DNA of 64,000 nucleotides from Candidatus Omnitrophota bacterium (GTDB lineage Bacteria > Omnitrophota > Gorgyraeia > Duberdicusellales > 4484-171). The DNA lies in NCBI GenBank assembly GCA_021735445.1, contig JAIPHA010000001.1, forward strand, positions 24,396 through 88,395, written 5' to 3'. Positions 10,601 to 19,847 of the stretch are shown here, piece by piece. A program made the translations under genes and the position numbers. Positions within the stretch are counted from its first letter, which is position 1. Each line of letters begins with the position of its first letter. The notes under the pieces are model-generated. The model did no database searches and was not told the DNA's origin. It saw nothing but the letters and a program-made list of their open reading frames with translations.

Positions 10601-11956
10601 ATGCGCTTGATTAAAAAAAAATCCGATATATTAAATCTTTGCGTTTATACATTAAGCTTTGCGGCTTTAATAATAGTATTTCTATTTGCTACCACTAGAT
10701 TTACTAATCCTCATTTTGGATGGGATATTAGTGCTAAAGTAGATAAATATCGCATTTTGTTTGGATTGTATGTTCTTTTGATGCCGGTTTTATATTTCAT
10801 GAAGATAAAACAAAGACAAGTTCTATTATTTATCTTGTCTTTGATGTTTTCAACTATAATGGTGGGAAAGTTGTCCTTCATTGTTTATCTGGGAAGTTTG
10901 TTCTATTATCTTCTTATATATGTTAAAATTAGGACTTTTGTTAAATTATTAATTGGAGCTATTGTATATATTGTCTTTGTTTTGCAGGTAATAAAGAGTT
11001 TTCAGTACTATCGACCTTCCTATTTATATATCTATATGTTTGTAACTCTTTTTCCTATGAGATACCTTCTTTTTTTTCATTATAACAGTAGTACTAATTT
11101 CAAGAAAGAACCAGTTCTTAATTACATAAATTATATATTTTTTCCAGCTTATCTTTTAATTCATCCTTTTATTATAATAATGCCAAAATATAGTAGTTTT
11201 AAGAATTCGTTTTCATATGGAAAGAATTATATTGCGTCTCTGAAGTCTGGAGTAATATATTTTTGTAAGGGACTTGCTATTTTATTAGTGTTAATGACGG
11301 TCGATTATTTTATAGAGAATGTTTTTGCAACATCTATTAGCAGAGAGACAGTAAATGATATATTGAGTGCAACATATATAATCCCTTATATATGGGTAAT
11401 CTCATATATATTAAGCTGTGGATATATTATACTTGGACTTATGCATGGTGTTGGTTGTCGGATAAAATCACCTTTTGGCAAGTTTGCATTACCTATGAAT
11501 ATAGTTGATTTCTATGGGCGTTTCTTACGGCATTTTAAAGATTATATTGTTAGTATATTCTATTTTCCAGTATTTCTTCTTACAAAATCATGGAATACTT
11601 ATGCTTCAATCTCTATTTCTGCTATAGCTGCTATAATGTTAGCAGGGATCTGCCATAGAGTATTGGGATTAGGTTTTCAGTTTTGTTCAATTATGCACTA
11701 TGAGGGTATAGATTTTGTTGAGAACTCGTTGGAGTTAGGTTTAGTTCAGGATGGTTTCTTTGATAAGCATTTAATTATAAAGATTATGTACCTACTTATC
11801 TTAAGTTTTATTTTCGCTATTCAGTTAATGTATAATCATGCTTCAAATTATGGGGCAGGGAAGCTTGCTTGGATTAAAAATACAAAAGATTCGTTAGTGT
11901 CTAAATTTCTACAGTTATTAATAGCAATGATAGTTGTAAGGTGCATATTTTTGTAA
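10601..11956 (+). CDS. Divergent MBOAT-family membrane acyltransferase (AlgI/DltB-like)
   Basis: About 10 TM segments. YINYIFFPA and NIVDFYGRF.RHFKDYI.SIFYFP resemble the MBOAT FWxRWH..Y.Y.P motif; AGICH resembles GxWH with the catalytic His. It lies next to an AMP-ligase and a carrier protein. Confidence 0.65.
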   Translation: MRLIKKKSDILNLCVYTLSFAALIIVFLFATTRFTNPHFGWDISAKVDKYRILFGLYVLLMPVLYFMKIKQRQVLLFILSLMFSTIMVGKLSFIVYLGSLFYYLLIYVKIRTFVKLLIGAIVYIVFVLQVIKSFQYYRPSYLYIYMFVTLFPMRYLLFFHYNSSTNFKKEPVLNYINYIFFPAYLLIHPFIIIMPKYSSFKNSFSYGKNYIASLKSGVIYFCKGLAILLVLMTVDYFIENVFATSISRETVNDILSATYIIPYIWVISYILSCGYIILGLMHGVGCRIKSPFGKFALPMNIVDFYGRFLRHFKDYIVSIFYFPVFLLTKSWNTYASISISAIAAIMLAGICHRVLGLGFQFCSIMHYEGIDFVENSLELGLVQDGFFDKHLIIKIMYLLILSFIFAIQLMYNHASNYGAGKLAWIKNTKDSLVSKFLQLLIAMIVVRCIFL

Positions 11957-12123
11957 ATCTGAACTATAAAAACAAACTTAATTTTATCAAAATGCTTAAA
12001 AAAGCAATAAATACAAGTAAAGTTATTATAAATTATATTACAGGGTTTATTTTAACTTAAAATGGTTGATTCGTTAATAGGGAGCAGTATAGATGTTGTG
12101 ATTGAAGGGTTTTTCTAAAATTC

Positions 12124-12129
12124 AGGAGG
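12124..12129 (+). promoter_or_regulatory. Shine-Dalgarno site for the ICL-family gene
   Basis: AGGAGG 9 nt upstream of the ATG at 12139. Confidence 0.8.
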
Positions 12130-12138
12130 TTATTTAAA

Positions 12139-12969
12139 ATGGTGTCATCTATCAGGAATTATAAAAGTTTAAAAGGATATTTAAAAGAATCTGAAACTAT
12201 GTCTTTTGTTGGTGTATATGATGTTTTTTCTGCTAAATTGGCTATTAAAGAATTTAAGGGAATATTCTTAAGTGGGTTTAGTTTTTCTGCAAGTTTTTTA
12301 GGTATGCCTGATACAGGTTGTTTCTCTAGCGAGGATATGATTGCTTTTGTTAAGAGATTAAGAACTTCTATTCCTGATGCATATCTTCTTGTAGATTGTG
12401 AAGATGGTTTTGGAGATGAAGAAAAAACTGTAGCGGTTGTAAAAGAACTAGAAGATTGTGGTGTGAGTGCTGTTATATTGGAAGATCAAAAGCGGCCTAG
12501 GAAATGTGGACAGTTGGATAATAAACTTCTTTCGTCATGTGAAGCTCAAGTTTCTAAGCTTAAAGCGGTTATAAAAGAGAGAAGGAATATGTTTATTATA
12601 GCAAGGACAGATGCGGCGGATCCTGATGAAGCTCATAGAAGAGTAGTTGAGTATTCAAAGTGTGGTGTAGATGCTATAATGATGGAAGGCATGAAAGAGC
12701 TTTCTCTTATAAGAAAGTTGAGGAAACGGGTGAATTGCCATCTGGTGGTTAATAAGATATATGGGGGAAAAACACCAAATTGGTCTGAGGACGAGCTTTA
12801 TAAGAATGGGGTGTCAATTGTAATATATAGCACTGTTTGTCTTTTCGCGGCTCAATACGCAATTCAGAGATACCTAAACAAATTAAAAGGAACGAAACTA
12901 ATACCTTCGCGAGAGACAGTTTCTCTTGTGGAATGTAACCGATTATTTGAAGATAAAAAAAATAAATAA
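12139..12969 (+). CDS. Isocitrate lyase/PEP mutase superfamily enzyme, lyase branch (PrpB/oxaloacetate hydrolase-like)
   Basis: GVYDVFSA, GMPDTG, DCEDGFG, EDQKRPRKCGQ (matches the KRCGH lyase loop), IARTDA. Confidence 0.9.
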   Translation: MVSSIRNYKSLKGYLKESETMSFVGVYDVFSAKLAIKEFKGIFLSGFSFSASFLGMPDTGCFSSEDMIAFVKRLRTSIPDAYLLVDCEDGFGDEEKTVAVVKELEDCGVSAVILEDQKRPRKCGQLDNKLLSSCEAQVSKLKAVIKERRNMFIIARTDAADPDEAHRRVVEYSKCGVDAIMMEGMKELSLIRKLRKRVNCHLVVNKIYGGKTPNWSEDELYKNGVSIVIYSTVCLFAAQYAIQRYLNKLKGTKLIPSRETVSLVECNRLFEDKKNK

Positions 12970-12984
12970 GCAGGGGTAAGACGT

Positions 12985-14490
12985 ATGATTCAATTTTTGA
13001 ATGGTAAAATAGGTGAAATAGTTGATTATGAAAACGATGAAGAATGGTCAGCTGAAAAAATTATAAAAGAAGTAGATAAAAGAATTACATATCTTTTAGA
13101 GAAGAATGTTTTGCCTGAAGAAAAGATTATAATTATTCATGGGAATAATATTCAATTTTTTGCAGATCTTCTGGCCCTATGGTCTTTAAATGCTTGCGTA
13201 GTTTGTGTAGATCCAACTGTGGGAGCAAGAGAATTTAAAACAATAGCTAGATTTTGTGATTCTCGTATCGCATTATACAATGGCAAGGTGTCCAAAAAAT
13301 TGTCTTCATTGGTTGGTAGTTTAATAGAATTTGTAGATTTGAAGGAAATAGCCAAAGAATATAACCGGGGTTCAAAGATTCCTTTAAATAAAATTGATTT
13401 AGATAGACCTGCTCTTATTTTATTTACATCTGGAACTACCGGTAATCCTAAAGGGGTTGTTCATTCTTTAAGGACTTTAATAGCAAAATGGGAGATATTA
13501 AAAAAGCATGTACCATTGGGATATCTTGAGATATCATTGTGTCTTCTTCCGACACACTTTGGTCATGGACTTATCTGTAATTGTCTTTACCCTTTGTTAA
13601 ATGGAAAGAAACTTATTATATTACCAAGGTTTAATCTGAAATCAATTATGGAGCTAGGGCGTATAATAGATAGATACAAAGTTACATATATGAGTTCGGT
13701 TCCTGCTGTTTGGAAATCTGTTTCAAATTTAAGTGATTGTCCTCGGGGAAAGACATTACAACTTGTAACATGTGGTTCTGCTCCACTTGGGGCGAGATTA
13801 TGGAGAGATATCCAGAGATGGACTTCTACTTACAGGGTATGGAATACATACGGTATCACTGAGGTTGGAAGTTGGGTCGGTGGTTTGCAGCAAGATATAG
13901 TACGACCAGTAAGTGGATTGATTGGTTGTGGTTGGGGGGCAGACTTTATGATAACAAAAGAAGGAGCTGATTCTATAGAGGAAATTGTAGCAGAGAAGAG
14001 CCTACCGGTTGGAAGAGAAGGGCATATTTGGATTAATACAGCTGCTGTTATGTTGGGTTATTATAAAAGAGAGGATTTAACCTGTAGTGTAATGAGGGGG
14101 AAATGGTTTTATACTGGTGATATTGGATATGTAAGAAAAGACGGATTGCTTGTTCTTACTGGAAGGGTGCGCAATGAGATTAATTTTGCCGGATTAAAAA
14201 TAAGTCCGGAAGATATTGATTTAGTTATTGAAGAACATGAAGCTGTAAAAGAATCATGTGTGTTTGGAATGAATGATAAAATAACGGGAGAGATAGTAGC
14301 AGTAGCGGTTGTATTTAAAGATTATATAAATAAACCTACAATCCATGAAATGAAAAACTGGGTAAGCAATTATGTATCGGATTATAAAGTACCTAGGATA
14401 TGGTATGAGCTTAGAAACATACCAAAAACTTCACGAGGTAAATATAATAGAAAGAAAGTAGCTAAGTATTGTAAAGAACTTGGAAATTAA
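12985..14490 (+). CDS. AMP-dependent acyl-CoA/acyl-carrier ligase
   Basis: FTSGTTGNPKG, NTYGITE, FYTGDIG, GRVRNEINFAGLKISP, PKTSRGK. Confidence 0.95.
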   Translation: MIQFLNGKIGEIVDYENDEEWSAEKIIKEVDKRITYLLEKNVLPEEKIIIIHGNNIQFFADLLALWSLNACVVCVDPTVGAREFKTIARFCDSRIALYNGKVSKKLSSLVGSLIEFVDLKEIAKEYNRGSKIPLNKIDLDRPALILFTSGTTGNPKGVVHSLRTLIAKWEILKKHVPLGYLEISLCLLPTHFGHGLICNCLYPLLNGKKLIILPRFNLKSIMELGRIIDRYKVTYMSSVPAVWKSVSNLSDCPRGKTLQLVTCGSAPLGARLWRDIQRWTSTYRVWNTYGITEVGSWVGGLQQDIVRPVSGLIGCGWGADFMITKEGADSIEEIVAEKSLPVGREGHIWINTAAVMLGYYKREDLTCSVMRGKWFYTGDIGYVRKDGLLVLTGRVRNEINFAGLKISPEDIDLVIEEHEAVKESCVFGMNDKITGEIVAVAVVFKDYINKPTIHEMKNWVSNYVSDYKVPRIWYELRNIPKTSRGKYNRKKVAKYCKELGN

Positions 14491-14504
14491 TAGTAGGAAC
14501 AATT

Positions 14505-14762
14505 ATGGAGATAGCAGAGATACAGAAGATTTTGAAAGATTTTATAATAGAATTATTAAATGAGAGAAATATACTAGATAATACCGCTCTTATTGAGTCT
14601 GGGTTAATAGATTCATTGAGCATAATTCATATTGTCTTGTTTATAGAATCCAGATTCTCTTGTAAGTTAAAGCCTTTTGATATTCAGATTGATGATTTTC
14701 AGACTATTAAAAAAATGGCTATAGTAGTTTTAAAAAAGATAGAGGCTAAAAAGTTAGATTAG
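14505..14762 (+). CDS. Acyl carrier protein (DltC-like)
   Basis: 85 aa; ESGLIDSLSII phosphopantetheine-Ser motif; directly downstream of the ligase. Confidence 0.9.
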   Translation: MEIAEIQKILKDFIIELLNERNILDNTALIESGLIDSLSIIHIVLFIESRFSCKLKPFDIQIDDFQTIKKMAIVVLKKIEAKKLD

Positions 14763-14895
14763 TTAAAGAATATTAGATATAAAAGACTTTTATATTTGTA
14801 TAGTTGATTTGTGAAATATTATCAGCTTATCTGATATGGTTAGCAATATGTGTTCACGAAAATGCTTTAAGGAAATTTTGTTGTAGATATACAAA

Positions 14896-15846
14896 ATGAA
14901 AGTTCTTATTACTGGTGCTACGGGATTTATAGGAAAGAGGTTAGTACAACGACTTTTGCAAAATCATATTGAGGTGGTTTGCACGGGACGTTCTTTAAGT
15001 AAGCTAGATCATTATATAGGTAGAGTCAATATTTTATATCTTGATATACGAGATAAGGAGAAAGTTGAGGATGTATTTAAAAAAGAAAGGCCTAACCTTG
15101 TGTTTCATTGCGCTGCTAATACTACTAATAATAGTTTGAGAATATTAAGAAGAACTAATGTTCAAGGTACCAAAAATGTATTGGATGCGTGTTTAGAAGC
15201 TGGTGTAGATAAGGTTGTTTATCTTAGCTCTATAAGTGTTATAGCTGGCAATAAAGAGGCTTGTCTTAATGATTGCTTACCATATAAAGCTAGGAATAGG
15301 TATGGTAGATCAAAAATAGCGGCAGAGAAGTTGGCTCGGGAATATAGGAAGAGAGGGCTAGAAATTTCCATATTAAGGCCCTCTCTTGTGTATGGAGAAA
15401 GAGATTATCATAAGGTTTCTTTGATGGTAAGGTTAATTTCTAAGCGGCTGATTCCGATAGCAGGCAGAGGCGAAAATGAAGTTAGCCTTACCTATATAGA
15501 AAACCTTATAGATGTAATGATGATTGCGATTGATAAAAAATCCGCATATAAGGGAACCTATATTGTAGCGGATAAAGAAACGATAAGTTTTAAGGATTTG
15601 TTTTTATATATAGCAAAATTATTAGAAATAAAAAAATCCTGGTTTTTACCTGACTGGCTTGTTTCCATTTTTGCTTATTGCCCTTTTGTAGGAGGATATG
15701 CAAAAGTTTTTTTAGAAAATAATATTTGCAGTATAGATAGAATAAAAAATCAACTAAATTATATTCCTAAAATCTCTCTATATGAAGGTTTGAGAAGAAC
15801 TGTGGATGAACATAAAAAGAGGTATAAATTAAAAAGAAATTATTAG
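14896..15846 (+). CDS. NAD-dependent epimerase/dehydratase (extended SDR)
   Basis: TGATGFIG, FHCAA, NVQGT, YGRSK, RPSLVYG. Confidence 0.93.
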   Translation: MKVLITGATGFIGKRLVQRLLQNHIEVVCTGRSLSKLDHYIGRVNILYLDIRDKEKVEDVFKKERPNLVFHCAANTTNNSLRILRRTNVQGTKNVLDACLEAGVDKVVYLSSISVIAGNKEACLNDCLPYKARNRYGRSKIAAEKLAREYRKRGLEISILRPSLVYGERDYHKVSLMVRLISKRLIPIAGRGENEVSLTYIENLIDVMMIAIDKKSAYKGTYIVADKETISFKDLFLYIAKLLEIKKSWFLPDWLVSIFAYCPFVGGYAKVFLENNICSIDRIKNQLNYIPKISLYEGLRRTVDEHKKRYKLKRNY

Positions 15847-15882
15847 CGGCGAGCATATTTTTTTTAAGCTTTTATTGACAAC

Positions 15883-17121
15883 ATGAAACAAATACCGCGT
15901 TTTATTCCTACATTAACGATATCAGAAATTATCCAGGCTATTTTTATTAATGTCAAAAATAGAAAAAAAATTGATTTTCTTAAATTATTTAGGGAAGAAT
16001 TCGCCAAATATATAGGTGTAAATCATGCTATCGCTGTGCCTTCGGCCCGAATTGGGCTGGCTGCTATCCTTTCAGCTTTGAAAATACCCAAAGGTAAAGA
16101 AGTTATTATTCCTAGCCTTACTCATCAGGCAATCCCTTATATATTTTGCGATTTTGGCCTAAAACCCCGGTTTGTCGACATTGATCCGGATAGATATTGT
16201 ATTGATGTTGATAAAATAGAAGAAGCAATCAATGAAACCACCGCTTTGATATTTCCTGTACACCTTTACGGAAGAGCGTGCAAGATGAAAGTTATTATGG
16301 AATTGGCCAAGAAGCACGGGTTGTTTGTGATTGAAGATTGCGCTCAGAGTTGCGGAGGGGGGTGCCTTGAGCAAAAATTAGGGAGTTTCGGTATTGCTTC
16401 AATTTTTTCTTTTCATCCCCATAAAAACATTTCTGTTTTAGGGTCAGGGATGGTAACGACTAATTCCCGGGAGATTTTTGAAGATATTACTCAATCGGTA
16501 AAACAATATGAGCGTATGTGTTGGAAAGGAGTTGTAAAAAGATTATTATATTCGGCCGGCTTAAGGTTTGCCACTCTTGCTGGGGTATGGAGAAATATTA
16601 CTGTTTTAATTTTAAAGATTTTTAACCGGCAAGGAGTCGATATTGTAGAATTTATGACCAATGAGGTTCCGGAAAAAGATAGGGAAAAAGCAAAAAAAAC
16701 CAAATGGTATTTACCCCAAAGCTATCATGGCGTTATCGGCTTGAAGCAGTTAGAAAGATTAGATTCATTAAATAAAAAACGCATCAATAACGGTAATATT
16801 TTACGGGAAGGACTAAAGAAGATAGAAGGGATTAATCTTGTTTCTCAGGCTCAATCGGATGAAAATATTTATACTACTTTTGTAGTGCGAGTTAACAACA
16901 GGGGCCGGTTTAGGCGCAGGATGCTTAGATTAGGGGTTGATACTCACTCTGGAAATATGTTTGCCGGCTCTACAATACCAGGATTTGAAAAAAGAGGTGA
17001 GTCTAAGGTCGCCGACGATATAGTAAACCGGATGGTTCATCTGCCGGTTTATCCGGATTTAAGCCGAAAAGATTTAAAAAAGATTATTGAAAGCGCGGAA
17101 AAAGCGATTAATAATGAATAA
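15883..17121 (+). CDS. DegT-family PLP aminotransferase
   Basis: PVHLYG, IEDCAQ, FSFHPHKN, LPVYP. Confidence 0.93.
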   Translation: MKQIPRFIPTLTISEIIQAIFINVKNRKKIDFLKLFREEFAKYIGVNHAIAVPSARIGLAAILSALKIPKGKEVIIPSLTHQAIPYIFCDFGLKPRFVDIDPDRYCIDVDKIEEAINETTALIFPVHLYGRACKMKVIMELAKKHGLFVIEDCAQSCGGGCLEQKLGSFGIASIFSFHPHKNISVLGSGMVTTNSREIFEDITQSVKQYERMCWKGVVKRLLYSAGLRFATLAGVWRNITVLILKIFNRQGVDIVEFMTNEVPEKDREKAKKTKWYLPQSYHGVIGLKQLERLDSLNKKRINNGNILREGLKKIEGINLVSQAQSDENIYTTFVVRVNNRGRFRRRMLRLGVDTHSGNMFAGSTIPGFEKRGESKVADDIVNRMVHLPVYPDLSRKDLKKIIESAEKAINNE

Positions 17122-18211
17122 AAAAAATATCCCTTGGTGGAAAACTGTTTTGGGACAAGAAGAGATAGAAGTAGTAAGGAAATCTATACTAAACCGAAAT
17201 ATTACCCAAGGAATTATTACTAAAGACTTTGAAAACCAATTGGCCGGTTTATTAGGTGTGCCTTATTTAGTTTTGGTAAATAGCGGCAGTTCTGCTCTTT
17301 TGGCCGCGTTAATTGCTTGCGGCATTGGGCCGGGAGATGAGGTTATTGTTCCCGGATTTACTTTTATCGCGACGGTTCAGGCTCCTTTAATTTTAGGGGC
17401 CAAAGTTAGACTGGTAGACGTTAAGCCCAACCGGCCGGTTATAGACGAAAACTCAATAGAAGCTGCAGTTAATTCAAAGACTAAAGCCATTATTCCGGTT
17501 CACCTGAATGGACGGGCGGCTAACCTGAAAAAAATCAATAAAATAGCTAAAAAATATAAAATATCGGTAATCGAAGATGCTGTTCAGGCCCTATGTTCTA
17601 AATGCAAAGGGGAGTTTTTAGGTACTCAATCAGACATTGGGGTGTTTTCTTTGGGGGTTACTAAATTTATCACTGCGGTTCAAGGAGGGTTTTTAGTTAC
17701 CAGAAAGAAAGATATTTTCAACAAGTTGCAAAAGATAAAAAATCATGGCTGCTTGTCTTTGGAAGGAGGGGTTTTGAAGTGTGAGACGCTAGGGTTTAAT
17801 TTTAAATTCAATGACCTCTTTGCCGGTATCGGCTTAAAACAACTAGAAAAAGTAAAAGATAAGATTAAATCATTTCAAAATATCTATAGTTTTTATAAAA
17901 AAGAACTTGTTTCGGTTAGTTGCATGGATTTGGTAGAGGTTAAGCAAGGAGAGGGTGAGCTTCCTCTGTGGATAGAGGTTATTAGTAAAAAAAGAGAAAA
18001 AGTTTTGCGCCTGTTAAAGCAAAAAAGGGTGGAGGCTAAGCCTTTTCATAAAAGTATTGGCGAAATTAGCTACATTAAGAATCGCAAAAAGCTCAAATAT
18101 TCTCAGTTTTATGCTAAAAAGGGATTGATTTTACCCAGCGGACCCGACCAGAAAAATAAAGATCTAAAGTATGTGATAAAGGCTATAAAAGAAATCGAAA
18201 AAGATTTATAA
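17114..18211 (+). CDS. DegT-family PLP aminotransferase (start placed at ATG 17114 rather than 17087)
   Basis: GDEVIVPGFTFIAT, PVHLNG, IEDAVQ, FSLGVTK, GFNFK. Confidence 0.93.
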   Translation: MNKKNIPWWKTVLGQEEIEVVRKSILNRNITQGIITKDFENQLAGLLGVPYLVLVNSGSSALLAALIACGIGPGDEVIVPGFTFIATVQAPLILGAKVRLVDVKPNRPVIDENSIEAAVNSKTKAIIPVHLNGRAANLKKINKIAKKYKISVIEDAVQALCSKCKGEFLGTQSDIGVFSLGVTKFITAVQGGFLVTRKKDIFNKLQKIKNHGCLSLEGGVLKCETLGFNFKFNDLFAGIGLKQLEKVKDKIKSFQNIYSFYKKELVSVSCMDLVEVKQGEGELPLWIEVISKKREKVLRLLKQKRVEAKPFHKSIGEISYIKNRKKLKYSQFYAKKGLILPSGPDQKNKDLKYVIKAIKEIEKDL

Positions 18212-18236
18212 ATAGAGATAAAGAGGTGTCCTGAGT

Positions 18237-18734
18237 ATGGGGGTAGTGATTTTTAACAAAAAGAATATTTGTAAAATAAATAAAGAAGATATTAAAGACT
18301 TAAAAGAAAAAGCCAGACATGCAACAGACGGTAAAGCTAGGTTGTGCTTGCACAAAAGCAACGAAAACCTTTTGCATGAAATGATTATCGTTCTTAGAAA
18401 AGGTACGTATGTAAGGCCTCATGCGCATAAAAAAAAGACAGAGACTTTTCACCTTATTGAGGGGCGGGTTAAAGTTATAATATTTAAAGAATCAGGGTTA
18501 GTGAAAGATAGTTTGGTTATGGATAGTTTAGTCCAAAAAGGTGATTTTATCTGCAGGCTAGAAGAAGGGGTTTGGCATATGGTTATTCCGTTGTCTGATT
18601 TTTCCGTTTTCCATGAAGTAACCAATGGCCCTTACCTTGGCAAAGACGATAGCGTATTTGCCGGATGGGCCCCCTTTACTAAAGAAAAAGATAAAGTGAA
18701 GCTTTTTATGGAAGAGATATGCCGGTTAAAATAA
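18237..18734 (+). CDS. WbuC-family cupin metalloprotein
   Basis: RLCLH, HEM, YVRPHAH..KTE, WH, EVTNGP. Confidence 0.85.
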   Translation: MGVVIFNKKNICKINKEDIKDLKEKARHATDGKARLCLHKSNENLLHEMIIVLRKGTYVRPHAHKKKTETFHLIEGRVKVIIFKESGLVKDSLVMDSLVQKGDFICRLEEGVWHMVIPLSDFSVFHEVTNGPYLGKDDSVFAGWAPFTKEKDKVKLFMEEICRLK

Positions 18735-18741
18735 TTTTACA

Positions 18742-19821
18742 ATGAAAGGAATATATTCGTCTTTTAAAATATTTCATTATCCCGATAAGTTGAGCGATCT
18801 AGCCGGCGAGAAGGTATCTTCTCCTATCCATGTCAGGCTGAAGCCTACCAATAGGTGCAACCACAGGTGTAAATATTGTTGCTACAGAAACGAAAGTTTA
18901 TATTTAAGCCAACTGTTTAGTGAAAAAGACGAAACACCTTTGAATAAAATGAAACAAATTATAGATGATTTTAAATTTATCGGGGTAAAGGCGGTAACTA
19001 TCTCCGGAGGGGGAGAACCGTTGCTTTATCCACATTTGACAGAGATGGTGAGAAGGCTGTCAAAAAATAATATAAAAGTTGCTGTATTGACAAACGGCAG
19101 TTTGATGAATGGAGAAATTGCTGATGTTTTGGCAGAGGAAGCTAGCTGGGTCCGTATTTCAATGGATGCCGCCGATGCTGATAGTTATTCAAGGATAAGA
19201 AAAGTAAATTTAAAAGAATTTGATAAAGTTTGCAGCAATATATATGAGTTTGCAAAAAAACAAAACAAAAGATATCAACTTGGGATAAATTTTATTGTTA
19301 TGAGGGAAAACCATAAGGATGTTTATCAATTTTTGAAATTGATGAAAAAACTCGGAGTTAACCATGTTAAAGTTTCAGAATCTGTAATGAGCGTGGATAC
19401 GGAAGAAAACAGAAAATATCATTTTTCTATAATAAAATCCGTTAAGAGCCAAATCAAAAAAGCTATTACGGATTTGTCTAATAGCGGTTTTTCAATTATC
19501 GACAAAGTAGAAAATTTTAACAAAAAAGACGATAGTTACAACAAAACATATAACTGGTGCCCTTTTATCCAGTGTTTGACAGTTATTGGCGCAGATTTGA
19601 ATGTGTATAGTTGTCATGATAAAGCTTACACCAACAAAGGAAAATTAGGTTCTATTAAGAAAAAAAGTTTTAGAGATTTTTGGTTTAGCGATAAGGGCAA
19701 AGAAAAATTATTGAAATTAGATCCCAGCAAAGATTGTAATCACCATTGTACCCAACATGGCAAGAATTTAATGTTACTTGATTATTTTTGCCTGGATAAG
19801 AATCATTTAGATTTTATCTAA
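18742..19821 (+). CDS. Radical SAM/SPASM protein (paralog of 1641..2711)
   Basis: CNHRCKYC, SGGGEP, WVRIS; C-terminal CP..ADLNVYSC..CNHHC. Confidence 0.92.
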   Translation: MKGIYSSFKIFHYPDKLSDLAGEKVSSPIHVRLKPTNRCNHRCKYCCYRNESLYLSQLFSEKDETPLNKMKQIIDDFKFIGVKAVTISGGGEPLLYPHLTEMVRRLSKNNIKVAVLTNGSLMNGEIADVLAEEASWVRISMDAADADSYSRIRKVNLKEFDKVCSNIYEFAKKQNKRYQLGINFIVMRENHKDVYQFLKLMKKLGVNHVKVSESVMSVDTEENRKYHFSIIKSVKSQIKKAITDLSNSGFSIIDKVENFNKKDDSYNKTYNWCPFIQCLTVIGADLNVYSCHDKAYTNKGKLGSIKKKSFRDFWFSDKGKEKLLKLDPSKDCNHHCTQHGKNLMLLDYFCLDKNHLDFI

Positions 19822-19847
19822 ATTACTATAGAAAAGGGAGGTAGGTT

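Noticed and set aside
11992-12118. Two tiny ORFs after the MBOAT gene (MLKKAINTSKVIINYITGFILT; MVDSLIGSSIDVVIEGFF) as a DltX-like or RiPP precursor peptide
   Set aside because: No SD sequence, no clear TM helix and no DltX-type C-terminal FIYxxF motif; such ORFs are expected by chance in AT-rich DNA.
12139-12969. PEP mutase / phosphonate biosynthesis
   Set aside because: It lacks the EDK-x5-NS signature and has the Cys-containing lyase loop; no phosphonopyruvate decarboxylase is adjacent.
15875-15880. TTGACA just before the ATG at 15883
   Set aside because: No -10 element at 16-18 nt spacing, and it is too close to the start codon.
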